Shown here piece after piece: positions 24,701 to 36,130 of a stretch of DNA of 64,000 bases; position 1 is the first letter of the stretch, and each line of letters opens with the position of its first letter. The DNA lies in assembly GCA_001179505.1 (NCBI GenBank), contig CDMY01000091.1, positions 124,001 through 188,000 on the forward strand, in the 5' to 3' direction. The position numbers were made by a program, and so were the translations under genes. The notes below the pieces were generated by a model. It did no database searches and was not told the DNA's origin. It saw only the letters and a program-made list of their open reading frames with translations. The stretch comes from Vitrella brassicaformis CCMP3155. Lineage: Eukaryota > Protista > Chromerida.

Positions 24701-27023
24701 GGCGAGAACCTGCTCCCGCAGATGCCGCGTGACTCGCAGCTGACCCGCAATGTGCCTCAGAGGGCGAGGGATGGTCTGCAGGAGGCCCCTGCTGCTGCCA
24801 CGGCTGCTGCTCGTGTTGATGCGCCTGAACTTGGTCATGGCGAGGCGACGGGGACCGCCGAGAGGATCCGAAAGCGCAAAGAACGACGACGGATGGAGGT
24901 CAGAGCACGACACTTATGCAGGGGTCGGTGGGTGGGTGGATCTCTCTGTGTGTGTGTGTGGGTGGGTCCATGTGTCATGCTCAGAAGGAGCGTGCCAGCG
25001 CTGCTGGACGTGGTGTGGCGCCCCTGATTGCGGTGAAGACGGAGCCAGGAGTAGAGCAGGCAGCACCGGTAAGAAAGGCGCACACCTGTCTGTGCAGTGA
25101 TTGCACCCATCGCTCTGTGTGCATTCAGGCGGTCTTCAGGCCAGTGCCGATCAAGCAGGAGCCGACAGATGAGCCGACGGACCCACAGCCGCCATTTATG
25201 CCGCGCGATAGCGATGTCATGCCGCTTGCAGGTGACGCCAACACACACACACACACACATCCGTGGCATCATCTCGTTTGCCCATTCTGTCTCGTGATCC
25301 ACTCAGCGGTTGACAACGGCGTCCCCCCACTACCCCCGCCAGCAGCACCAGCAGCAGCCAAGCGCCCGCGCCCGGGGCAAGGAGAAGGAGACCTGGCGCG
25401 TGGCGTGTCGCTGCTCAAGAAGAGGAAGAAACGCAAGACGGCCAAGAAGAAGGGCGCCGACACTTCGGCCAACGAGGTGGCGCCGCGACACGACGACGGC
25501 GAGGACGAGGGCGAGGAAGAGGACATTGACGCCATGTGGGAAGAGGCGAAGAAGGACGACAGTGCGCCGATCCCGCACCCTCCTCTGTCGCATCACCCCT
25601 ACTTTGCCATGGCGCCGTACGGACAGCCGCCACCGCCCCCCTACCCCGGCCCTCTGCACGCGCACGACATCGCTGGCTTCTACTCGCATAACGGCTGGAC
25701 GCCGCCCTCCATGGCCATGCCGCCGCACATGCCGCATACCGTCGAGCCGCCGCCCCCCGCAGAGCTGGGCGACGGACACATGGACCACAGCAGTCTCTTC
25801 GACCAGGAGATGAACGAGAGCAGTGCGTCAGCATCGGTGGCTGGCGCTGCCGCTTCTCGGATGTGGCAGGGAGGGTCGGAGGCTGCCAAGGGCGGTGGTG
25901 TTGATGCGGCCATGGTGGTCCAGTCAGTGGGCGAGAAGAAGGACTCGTCGGTTGATGAGGCCAAGATGGAGGAGGGGGAGGTCACCTTAGCCCCCCCGCA
26001 ACAGCAGGCCGCCGACAGTGTCACGCTTCGCGTCACGGCTGAGGCCAGCAGCGATATGTGGAGCGACTTCCCGCCATTCTGCTGGAACAACCTCGTCGGC
26101 GAAAACGGGGTACTCGGCCATATCGAGCGCTCGGAGAACTTCCATCCTGTCGACGAGAGCATCGTCACAACCGTCACGCCCCCAAGCCGGCAAGACGGGA
26201 GATTACGGTGAGGGGATGGACGGTGTCGGGGAGGGCAGATGGATGGAGATGTGCGTGTCTGTGTGTCTGTCTGCGTGGATGCATCCAGGTGACGATGAAA
26301 GGGGCGGTCAACAAGGTCGCACACGAGGCCATCAACCTCTTTGGCGCTTTCCGGGCCGGCGTCAACAACGAAGACCACCCCGCCCTCAAGGCTGGGAACA
26401 CTGCAGACATGGCAAAGACGAGACACAAGAACATGAAAAAAGAGGGAGGGCGCGTCATGCTTGACACCACCTTCCAACAGCTGAGCCGCGTGCAACTGCA
26501 GCTTGAGGGGAATGCCGGTGCGAAGCTGGGCGGCAACGGCTATGGCAGGCAGTACGTGGACACGGCTGGTCGCGCTATCGGCAATTACGCAGAGGCCACG
26601 TCTGGCGGCCAATCGACCTTCTCATGGCTCCCGCAGGGCAGCCCTCTCTATGTCAAACTCCCGGCGGACCATCTTCCCGACTTCAATCCCTCTGAGCTGA
26701 TCGGCGATGGCTTCGACGGCCTCCCGTGTGTCGTGCGGTACTACACTTTCGGCCACCGCGAGTGCCAGCGTGTGCTCCGTGCGGCCAAGCACATGGGCAG
26801 CGGCCGCATCGAGGTCCGTTATGGCCTGTCGAACCCCGCGGTAGAAGGCAATGTCTGCTCCACGCTGTTCGTGCGCGTGAGGGGGCGGGATCTGCTGGCG
26901 TTTCTGCGGGAGACCTATGCGACAGTGAATGGGGAGGGGGGTGGGAGTGGTGTTGTCAATGTTGAGATCGCTAAGGCCCACAACTGGCCAGTCCAATCCC
27001 ACAGGCGGTGGGGCCAGCGTTAG
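21711..27023 (+). CDS. Large hypothetical nuclear protein with repeated SUMO-consensus motifs, a basic NLS and a KH-like domain, multi-exon
   Basis: Consecutive spliceable exons. Motifs: VKKEP, VKTEA, IKEEP, VKTEP, IKQEP; KKRKKRKTAKKK; NLVGENGVLGHIERSEN..RLR|VTMKGAVNKVAHEAINLF. It is assumed, not proven, to be one gene. Confidence 0.6.
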
Positions 27024-27813
27024 TGAGGGTGAGCGAGTCGTTAGCTGGCTGTGCCTCAATAGCGGGCAGGCAGATGGACAGTGAATGGGGATGAATGGCA
27101 CTTTTTCGGATAACGTGGGTGGCTGCGATCGGTCAGCACACTCGCAAATTCAAGACCTATTGCATGTACCAGATGTCCGCGTGAATGCCTTCGTGTGTTT
27201 TGGCTCTCGTAGAGTGGCCCTCTATCACGCACTAGTCATGTATGCACGAGACACACACGCGAGACACACAAATGCATCACGCGATGGACATGCACATGAT
27301 GACGAGACCGCACTTGCGATTATTTGATCGTAAACTACCACACACCGCCAAATGCAGTGATTGATTCGTCATTCGTCCACTCAAGGCCTATCTGTTTGTA
27401 CTAAGCAACCACCGACACATAATAATCACACAAATCGAAACTACACGGCACCGCATACTTGTGACTCTCTCTGTCCTCTACCAGCCAGGCACTCGCCTCT
27501 CACAAATGTGTGTATGCGCCCAAGTAAGGCTTTCAGATGACCGAGCCAGCCACAGAAAGCGGCGCATTTGCACACCCACTACAAAGTACACCCGATCGAT
27601 ATCGATCCGATTGTGCGCGCAGCCACCAGGCACACATGGACGTGTTGATTACACGTCGTGTCTGCCTTGTGTTCGTCCGCTCACAGCAGATCGAGTGTAT
27701 TGATTGCCTTCGGACGACGCACGAATGACGGACGGCCCGACACAAAAATACCCACGGCGACTCCACATATAGTACACACACACGATAACTGCGACGTCTC
27801 CGGCAAAAAAACA

Positions 27814-30800
27814 TCATCCAGCATCAGTGTTGGTCTCCATGGCCGCCACGGCATCATAGACGGCCTCAGCCGACACCGACAGCGCCACGCTGTCCTTCTC
27901 GTCACTGCTCAGCCGATGCCAATCGACACGCATGAGATGGCTGGGGGGCGTCAGGGCGGCGGGGTTGGCGTCGCTTCGCCGCGATTTGGTGGAGCTGACG
28001 GGCGACGACCCACCACTTATGGGCACCTCATCTGTTGCATGGCCACATGGGGTCTCGATCACTGTGGGCGCCAGACTCGCGAGAGCCTCCGGGATGGCTT
28101 CCTGCGTGCAGCAGAACGACAGCACAGATAAGAATAGCATTCTCATAGGCACACATGGCCGTGAATGTATCTCTGTCTTTGTCTGACCAGCGGGCTGCCT
28201 TTCTCGATGAGTCTTCGTTTGGCCTTGCGGAAGGCCTCATAGAGCCCCCGCCACCCGCCGCCGCTGTGCTGCTGGTGGTGGTCTGTCGATGCCTCGGTTT
28301 CGGCCTTCTCGAGGTCACTGTCTCGCGCCGTCCGCTTGAGGGCCGCCTGGTGCATCTGCTCTCTGCTGACGAGCTCGTCCACCACATAGCACAAGTTGGC
28401 CTGGAGGTCGTGCAATGTGATGCCCTCAGACACCTCAACGCTGACATAGTACCCAGGCAGGCAAACAGGACATGGGAGATCGGTCTCAATGCCCGTTGGC
28501 GAACCTGTCTGCCGGCTGTGTTTGGATGACCGACACGCCACTTGGTCCATCACCGGATAACTTGCCGGCCTCCAATCGAGTCGACACTGCACGAACCACC
28601 GCGACACGGCAGCATGAAGCGGTATGTCAAGTATGCGTCGATATCGGGCAAGCGAGCTGACCTTCGCTAGAGCACTGAATATGTAAGACCTTAGAGAGGT
28701 CGGCAGTCCGCATGTCCCGCAATTTCTGCCCAACCGAGCAAACACACATGCAGCCACGGACGTCCTGATTCGATCCTCCCTTGTTGTCTTGCTCACGATG
28801 GCGGTGCTGTCGTCGGGTTTTGGCAAATAGACAACCACGTCGCCCTTTCGACGGCCGTGCATCTCCACTCGCTGTTGCCGCAGGCTCTGCACCAAGAATG
28901 CATGGCTCCACAGAAACTCATGGCTGGACAAACCACCAGACACGCATACACACAGACAGGAGAAGGCATCGACGAGCATCTCGTCAATGGCGTGTATGTG
29001 CTTACAAGTCGCTGGGGACGTGAGTCAGTTCGAGTCTCTCGATAGCATCCTGCATGGCGGCTGACGTCAGCTGTATGGCCGCCACCACACGATACACCGG
29101 ACGGCCGACACACGGACGGCACCGCCCTGTTACAGCAGAGGGGTCGCCGATGGAGAGGGTCGCGCTGGACCAGTCATAAATGACCTTCGGTGAGACTCGC
29201 CGCCTGTTCTCCTCCCTATGGATCAGCCACGATAGCAAAGGGCCCGTCACACAACCCGACATCATACGAGCTGAATAGACGACATGAGTGAAACATGCAG
29301 ATGGGAGAGAGAAGTACATGTGCTATTTATGCCCACCGAAAGCGTTTTTGCGGTCTGTGAGGGTCGCGTATCTGTAGCCCACTTGCAGCAAGCCATACCG
29401 ACATATCTGCGCCACCAGGGTGCCATAGTGCATCAGATTGGCCACAATGACAACCACCACGAGGCCGATCGTCAGCTCCAGAGAGGTCCCCTCAGACAGC
29501 ATAACAAACTGCAATATGAGTAGCGACATGAGCCACACCAGTAACCCACGCAGCTCAGACAAATTGAGAATGTCCATGCTGCCTCGGTCGAATGGCCACA
29601 CGGCGAGCTGCAGCACCAGACACACAGCGGCGACGACCGTCCAGCCCAGCAGCTGTTGGCGGGGCTGAGCCGTTAACTGCTGTGCGATGAGCAGCACCAA
29701 TACACGTCTCATGGCCAGCAGAAAATCCCAATAGTAGAAGCTTTTGCGATACCCAGCATACAGAAAGCCAACCCTTCTACGCATGTGATAGTCCTGCAGG
29801 CCCTCTCTGTGCCGCGACAGAAACGCCACGCCACACACCACAGGCGCTAGTGTCCACAGCAGTAGACCAGTACGGCAATCCACATGAATGGGCCGTGCTC
29901 GGGTGACCCGCAGAGGACATGTGAGTCCAGGTCCATCCTGGGACGCATGTCATCCATCGGGTCAACCGGCAGCAGGCTGACGCTCTCGCCTGAGGCGATA
30001 GGGATGACATTGTCCACATAAGGGTAAGGCCGACAGCGCAGAAGGGCTAGCATGTTCTTGGTGACGGTGGGATGGATGAAGGTGAGGATGATGACCATCA
30101 TTGTGCCACGGTTCTCGAGCCATTGCCGCGATCGGCCGCTTTTGCGGGGCTCCGCTAACGAATGCTGGCAGCATGGCGGCGTCACTGGCTCGCTTCGTGA
30201 GTCCTCTCGGAAGATGACCGATCGCTGACGAGGGCCGTGTGTAGCTGTGTCTGCCTTGCCATTGGTCACGGATGGGGGCGCTGAGGTCGACTCGTCGGTG
30301 CCGCTGCGCCACGTTGACTTGAAGGCATTCCGCGCTTTGGCAAGCCCACTCGCTGCGACCACGACACGAGCCAGAAATCACCACAAATCGTCGACCTGTA
30401 GAATGTGTGTGTGGGCTTACCAATGAGGGGCACAGCAGTGAGCCAGATGAGTGGCAAATATCTGGTAGCTTTGTGCAAGCCCTCCATCCCAGGCAAAGAC
30501 GCTGCCGATCAGTGAGGATATCTGATCACCCCAGAGGGAGTTGTCGAACACGAGGAAGGCCAAACCACACACCTACACACACACACGATCACACACACAC
30601 GATAACAACGTAAAGGCGATGGAAGATGAGTGCATGTCTCTCTCTGCCTTTCCTCGTACAGCGGTGATGTGTGAGAGTCCGATTTTGGTCAGTTGGGACG
30701 GCACCTCGGCGCGCGGTGATGCTGCCGCCCTGAACACAGAAACACACAAGCAGAGAGAACGATCGATTGGCGCCCTTTACAAATATACGGCTGCATTCTG

Positions 30801-33800
30801 ACCTCTCTGCAAGTGCAGTAAGGATGAATATGGCCATCAAAGTGGCGGCCACAAGCAGAACGTTGATGATAACAATCAGCCACAGGGAGGCACATTCGGT
30901 GCACGGCTGCTGGGGCGTCTGACGCGAGAACCCCGCCTTGCACCGATTGCACACAAACCCCTCATGCCCCTCCTGACACAGACGTACATTAAATAATGCA
31001 GACAAACATAAGACTGGCGACTCTCAGATTCATGCACTGGCCTCCTACCGAGCATATGTCGAGTCCATTGGTCTTGTTGGTGCCGTTGCAGGACGACGGC
31101 AATGGACAGCCCATGACGACGGGCAGCAAAGTCAGGCCAGAGCCATACCTGAATAGAACACACCATGCCTGAATCTACTCAGTCGCGCCACTCCCTTTTC
31201 ACACTTTACGTCGTCACTTCTCGCGTGGCGTTCTCGAATGAGCCACCCGACTGCAGCTTGACAGTCAGTTGGTAGAAGCCCGGCAGCACACTCGCATTGT
31301 AGTTGACGGGAACAGGGCAGTTCAAGCCGTCGAAACAGTCCAGGCAGGTCCATATGACGCGACTTCCGTCATCGCCGCCCTTGCGTACGCCGACAGATCC
31401 AGAGGTACACGGCTCACACGGTTCGTCGCCCCGCTTTTCGTGACCAAGACGGCAAAAACATGTGGTTGAGCCTTCATCAGAAACTGCACCAACACACATT
31501 CATAGACCAACAGACCAACAGTGAAAGTCGCAAGAGTCATCGTCATGTGCCTATCATGTCTCTCACCCGCATCATCGGGGCATTGTTTGCACGTTACAGT
31601 GTCTGTGCTATTTTCTCTGTTGCTGTACGAGCCTGCAGGGCATTTTGTGCAATTGGTGCCGGTGCCGTCATAGCCAGGCAAGCACCGACAGAGTTTCTGC
31701 TCAGCCACACTCTAGTCGACAACTATCCACGTGTTGCATAAAGTCGTGCACTCGAAGGCGGAGTTCTGCGGGATGTAAGCTGCGACGAAGGACACAGCGG
31801 CGGTCCTTTGTGATCATACCCATTTGTGTGCCGTCCTACCAGCTGGGTTTGGCACCAATGTGTCGGGTCCGACATTCCCGAGGCTCTCCAGATCCTCACA
31901 GCTCTACGAGCAGAACAAAAAAGAGATTCAAACACCGTGATGGTTCTCTGATGACCTTCAGGCCCACCTGTACGTTCAGGCTTGCATCGATGCGCTCGTC
32001 AAATCTAAGATGCGGGTTGCCGTCCAATCTGATGTCCAGGCTGCCAACTCTCCCCCACCACCCGCCGACTCTGAGGTTCGGAGTGTCCGAAGAGTTCTGA
32101 ACCTCAGAGAATTGCATGGGGATGCCGAGAAAGTGTGTGTTGCGGGCGGCGGATGGGTGAGCAGGGGTTGCCAGGGAGACAAGTGCGTTGGAGCTGAGCC
32201 AGACGGTGGTGAGAGACTTGAGTACGACCGCAGGGGATAGCTTGATGGCGCGGATAGCATTGCCGGAGAGCTCCAAGCGGCTCAGTTGCTGGAAGCCCTG
32301 CCAATACGTTGGCACTCCGTCTGACAGCACAGATACGCACACAGGGTACATGCATTCATGCATTCATCCAGTCATCCATGCCTCTCTCTTCCTGCAGACC
32401 ATTATCTTTGTCGATCGCCCAAAGACTTCCCTCCTCCAGAGTCCCCGTCAGCCCACAGTTGCTGGCCTGCAAGATCCGCAGCTTTGGAGCGTAGGCAAAC
32501 GGTAGGAAGAAGGCGTTGACGTCCGCCTTTAGCAGAGGATTTTCGCTGATGTCCACGGAGGCGAGCTCCTCCCAATTGGGGCCCTGGTCCATGGACTCGA
32601 GCATGACGCGCAAGTTGGCCAGCTGAGCGACGACGAAGTCGCCGTTGCGGAACCAGTCGGCGGGGTGTCTGCCCCAAGTGACCCACTCCTTGATCCGGTT
32701 GTGGTCGAGCCTGAGGCTCTGCACAGACCCCAGAGACCGCCACGACCGTGAGAACTCCTTGAGGCTGTTACGGCTGGCTGACACCTCCTTCAACTCGCAG
32801 CAGGGCAGCTCGCCGTCGAAGTCTTCAAGTCGATTTGAGGAAACATCCAGGAACCTGCGTTTATTAATGGGTTCATTCATTCATTCATTCATCGGGAGAG
32901 GGGCGGAGGTACGTACCTTAGATTTGTGAGGTTCGTGAGTGGCGGGACGGCTCCCTCTAGGAGATTCCCTCTCAGGTCGAGCTCCTCCAATGCAGTCTAA
33001 ACGCAGGAACAGCCAAACAAGCAGCCCAACCAACAAAATATACTATATATTCAAAGCCATTCATCTATTCATTCATCCATTAATCCATCTGCCTCCATCT
33101 GTCTTCACCATTACCGCACCAGGTTGTTGATAGTCGTGGGCATACTGCCTTGGAGCTGGTTATCTGCCAGCTTCAGCGACCGCAGTAACCGCAGATTCCC
33201 CAGGGACGCGGGAATCCTCCCAGCGAGGCCGTTCCCGCTCAGGTCCAGCGTTGTCAGGCTCGTCAAGTCCCCAAAGCACTCCGGGATGCTGCCCTTAAGC
33301 CCCGCGCGAGCTATGTTGAGGTCGTACAAGGACGTGATGTCACAGAGGGCTTCGGGGATGCCGCCTTCAAGGGATGTGTCCTGCAGCTCAATGAGTCCGA
33401 GGCTGGTCAGCTTCTTCCACTCGGGAGGAATGTGCCCCGTGACGTTGCGGTTGCCCTGGAGCTTCACAGTCCACAGGACGGGGGACTGGCTGAGCCGCGG
33501 CAAAGGGCCTGACAACTGGTTGCCCTCCAGGTCGAGAGTCTTCAGCTTCGGCAGCTGGCTCTCAATCAGAGGGAGCGGGCCAAATAGTCTGGTGTACTTG
33601 AGCCGCAGGGTCACCAAGCTCTGCATTGAGGCTATAGACGGGTCCAGGGTGCCGGTGATGGGCGTCCAAGATATCGACACGCGCTCCAGGGAGGTCATGT
33701 TGTCGAAGGAGCGGGGAAGCGGCCCATCGAACGATGTCAGATGTGCCAACGTCAGCAGATTGAGCTTGGAGAGCAATCCGATAGACTCCGGCAGCCCCCC

Positions 33801-34639
33801 CTCCAGGTTGGGGCACTGGAAAGCCTCCAGACTGCGCAGCTCCGGCAGCCTGGTACCAAAGTCGTCAGGGAGCCGCCATCGGATTCGCAGATTGCGGAGG
33901 ATGAGCCCTCTGAGTTCGGTCAGCTTGGTGACGGTGGGCGGCATCTCGCCTTCGAGCTTGCTGAGTAGAGAGAGGTAGAGCCACCGCATGTTCGTGAAGT
34001 TGCCGATTTCTGGAGGAATCTGCCCAATGAAGTGGCAGTCTTCGATGAAAAGAGCCATGATAGTCTTGAGGGAGAAGAGCTCGGGCGGCATCTGCGCCTC
34101 ATCGACCCCACACGTCACCGCCTTGTCATCAAAGCCCCTTGTGTGACAAACAAACAGCACAACCACGCATCGTGTCGTGCTCAATAGCGCGGGCCCCCGC
34201 CTGCTTACTTGACAATCGTTCCGTAGCCCCTCCGGAATGTCAGCATGAGCCCCTCCTTTGGATTGTCGTCGCCGACCTCATCCCACCTAATGCAGAAGGC
34301 CCACCCCAGATCTGCCTGCTCGCATATCGACTTGCCCTCCTGCGGTCTGGGGATTCCCAGCGCCTTGGCTATCGCCACCAAAGCACCACGGTCCTCCTCA
34401 CACTCGGGACAGTCATCGCGGCCGTTGAGGAACATGTAACCCGACCCCCCGGCCAGTCTCTGCCCACCCGCCGACGCCGAACCAGCCTCATCGTCTTCAC
34501 CGTCCTCTTGGAGAGCGCGGGACGGTGCCGCCGCAACAGATGGGGACGCCGTGTCTGATGAGTGCTGCCCACAGACGATGGCGAGCGGGGAAACCAGGAG
34601 GAGGTACAAAACCAGCCGGATTTGGTGGTGCTCCATCAT
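27814..34639 (-). pseudogene. Receptor-like gene (signal peptide, plant-type LRR array, Cys-rich GCC2/GCC3/EGF-like repeats, about 9 TM helices, cytoplasmic tail) carrying stop and frameshift lesions
   Basis: Signal MMEHHQIRLVLYLLLVSPLAIVCG; LRRs such as LTSLTTLDLSGNGLAGRIPASLGNL; CRCLPGYDGTGTNCTKCPAGSYS; GHEGFVCNRCKAGF; TM block with GFLYAGYRKSFYYWDFLLAMRR. In-frame TAG at 31712-31714, in-frame TGA at 30378-30380, and a 1-nt frameshift at about 29872. Confidence 0.8.
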
Positions 34640-36080
34640 CACATCACGTCACCCCTCGTGACTCAATTTTCGGGATAGAGAGCTGGATCTGCCACAGCAG
34701 ACACTCGAGGAATGAATCTGCCGCAGCATCAAATAGCAGATCTGGACTCGGAATCTTCGTGTAGCCGCACAGTCTGCAAAGCAGACAGAACAACACACAG
34801 CGTCGCACCGATGCCCTCGTCCCTCCCTCTCTCCCCTTCTCGCACCTCAATCAACTGGTCGGAGCAAGCGTCCCTCAGAGATGGTGATGCTGCAGTTGGT
34901 GCGATCAACAGTATCTCGACAGCAGCTGGCACGTCGGACCGTCCCTCACCAGGCCCTGCACTCAGACAGATCAACGTGGGATGCGCACCTCAGTGGGCCG
35001 TAGGCAGAGAGATGATCTGCAGTCAGATCTTTTCAGATTTCTCTTGCATGACGGCCTACCTGGAATGCCTCCGCGCTGACAATCCGCGAATCGGGCTGAC
35101 ACTTCAGCACGGTCGTCGTCTTTCTCAGACGGAAGGCGTCCGGTCAGACAAAACGGTCGATCACGGTCGAACTAAAAAAACAAAGGGTCATTCCACACCA
35201 GTGCTGTGCTGGCACCCCCACTACTCACCCAGCACGTTGAAACCTCGGAACAAAAGGGAGGGAGTTGACACCATGGGTCGTTCCCGCTTGGCTGCCTAGG
35301 GTAATCCTTGAAACCGCTGCATGCTGCGGATCTTTGCTGCGGATCTCTCTCTTGAGCGTCGAGAGCGAAGACTGTAAAGATCAAGATGACAAGTGGAAAG
35401 AAGAGGCAGAGAAGGTGTTTCTTCTGGCATCACAAGAACAAACACATTAGGAAGGAGGCAACTGATGCATGTTGCTGGAATGGTACGTATGTGTGTGGAT
35501 ATATTGTGCAGATGAAGATGGAGGTCCAGCTCCAGATGTCAAGGTGCCTGTGCGTCATCCCTGTCGTGTGCCACATTGAGCGACGCACAACATGGTGACC
35601 ACTCCAGCACACGTTGTTGGTGTTGGTTTGTACATGACAGGTTCTCACATCACATGCAGTGACAGCAACACACAACTCGGCAGCAGTGTTCGTCCATGGC
35701 TGTCTGATGCTGTGGCTTTTCAAGCTTTGTGGAGGGTGAGAGGAAGTACATCACGCATCGTGTTCGACGTGGACATCTCGCATCGTGTTTGTCTTTGTGG
35801 ATCTGTGTCACGAGTTCCGCCTATCCCTCCGACAAGGTAGGTACGAAGAGGAAGGTAGAGCAGACAGACAGGAGGACGTTGACATGGAGTGAATAGATGT
35901 GTATCGACCGTCTGCCGCACACACAACCGACCTGTATGTGGGTGTTCCCGCAACCCAGTGACCACCGCCTCCGCGTGTGTGCGCAGCTGACGTTTGTGTC
36001 CATTGTATGTGAGCACAAAGTGTTTGTTATGCTCGTCTAGGGTGCGCTCGCACTTGTCGGCCGCCAGTCGTCTGCACCAC

Positions 36081-36130
<50 letters not shown>

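Noticed and set aside
25680-26612. 310-aa minus-strand ORF
   Set aside because: Antisense to GC-rich exons of the 21.7-27.0 kb gene.
30378-30380. In-frame TGA as selenocysteine or readthrough
   Set aside because: The same gene also has a TAG and a frameshift, and no SECIS-like element was noticed downstream; decay or error is simpler.
33124-33978. 284-aa plus-strand ORF
   Set aside because: Antisense shadow of the LRR exon; Ser/Arg-rich with no domain features.
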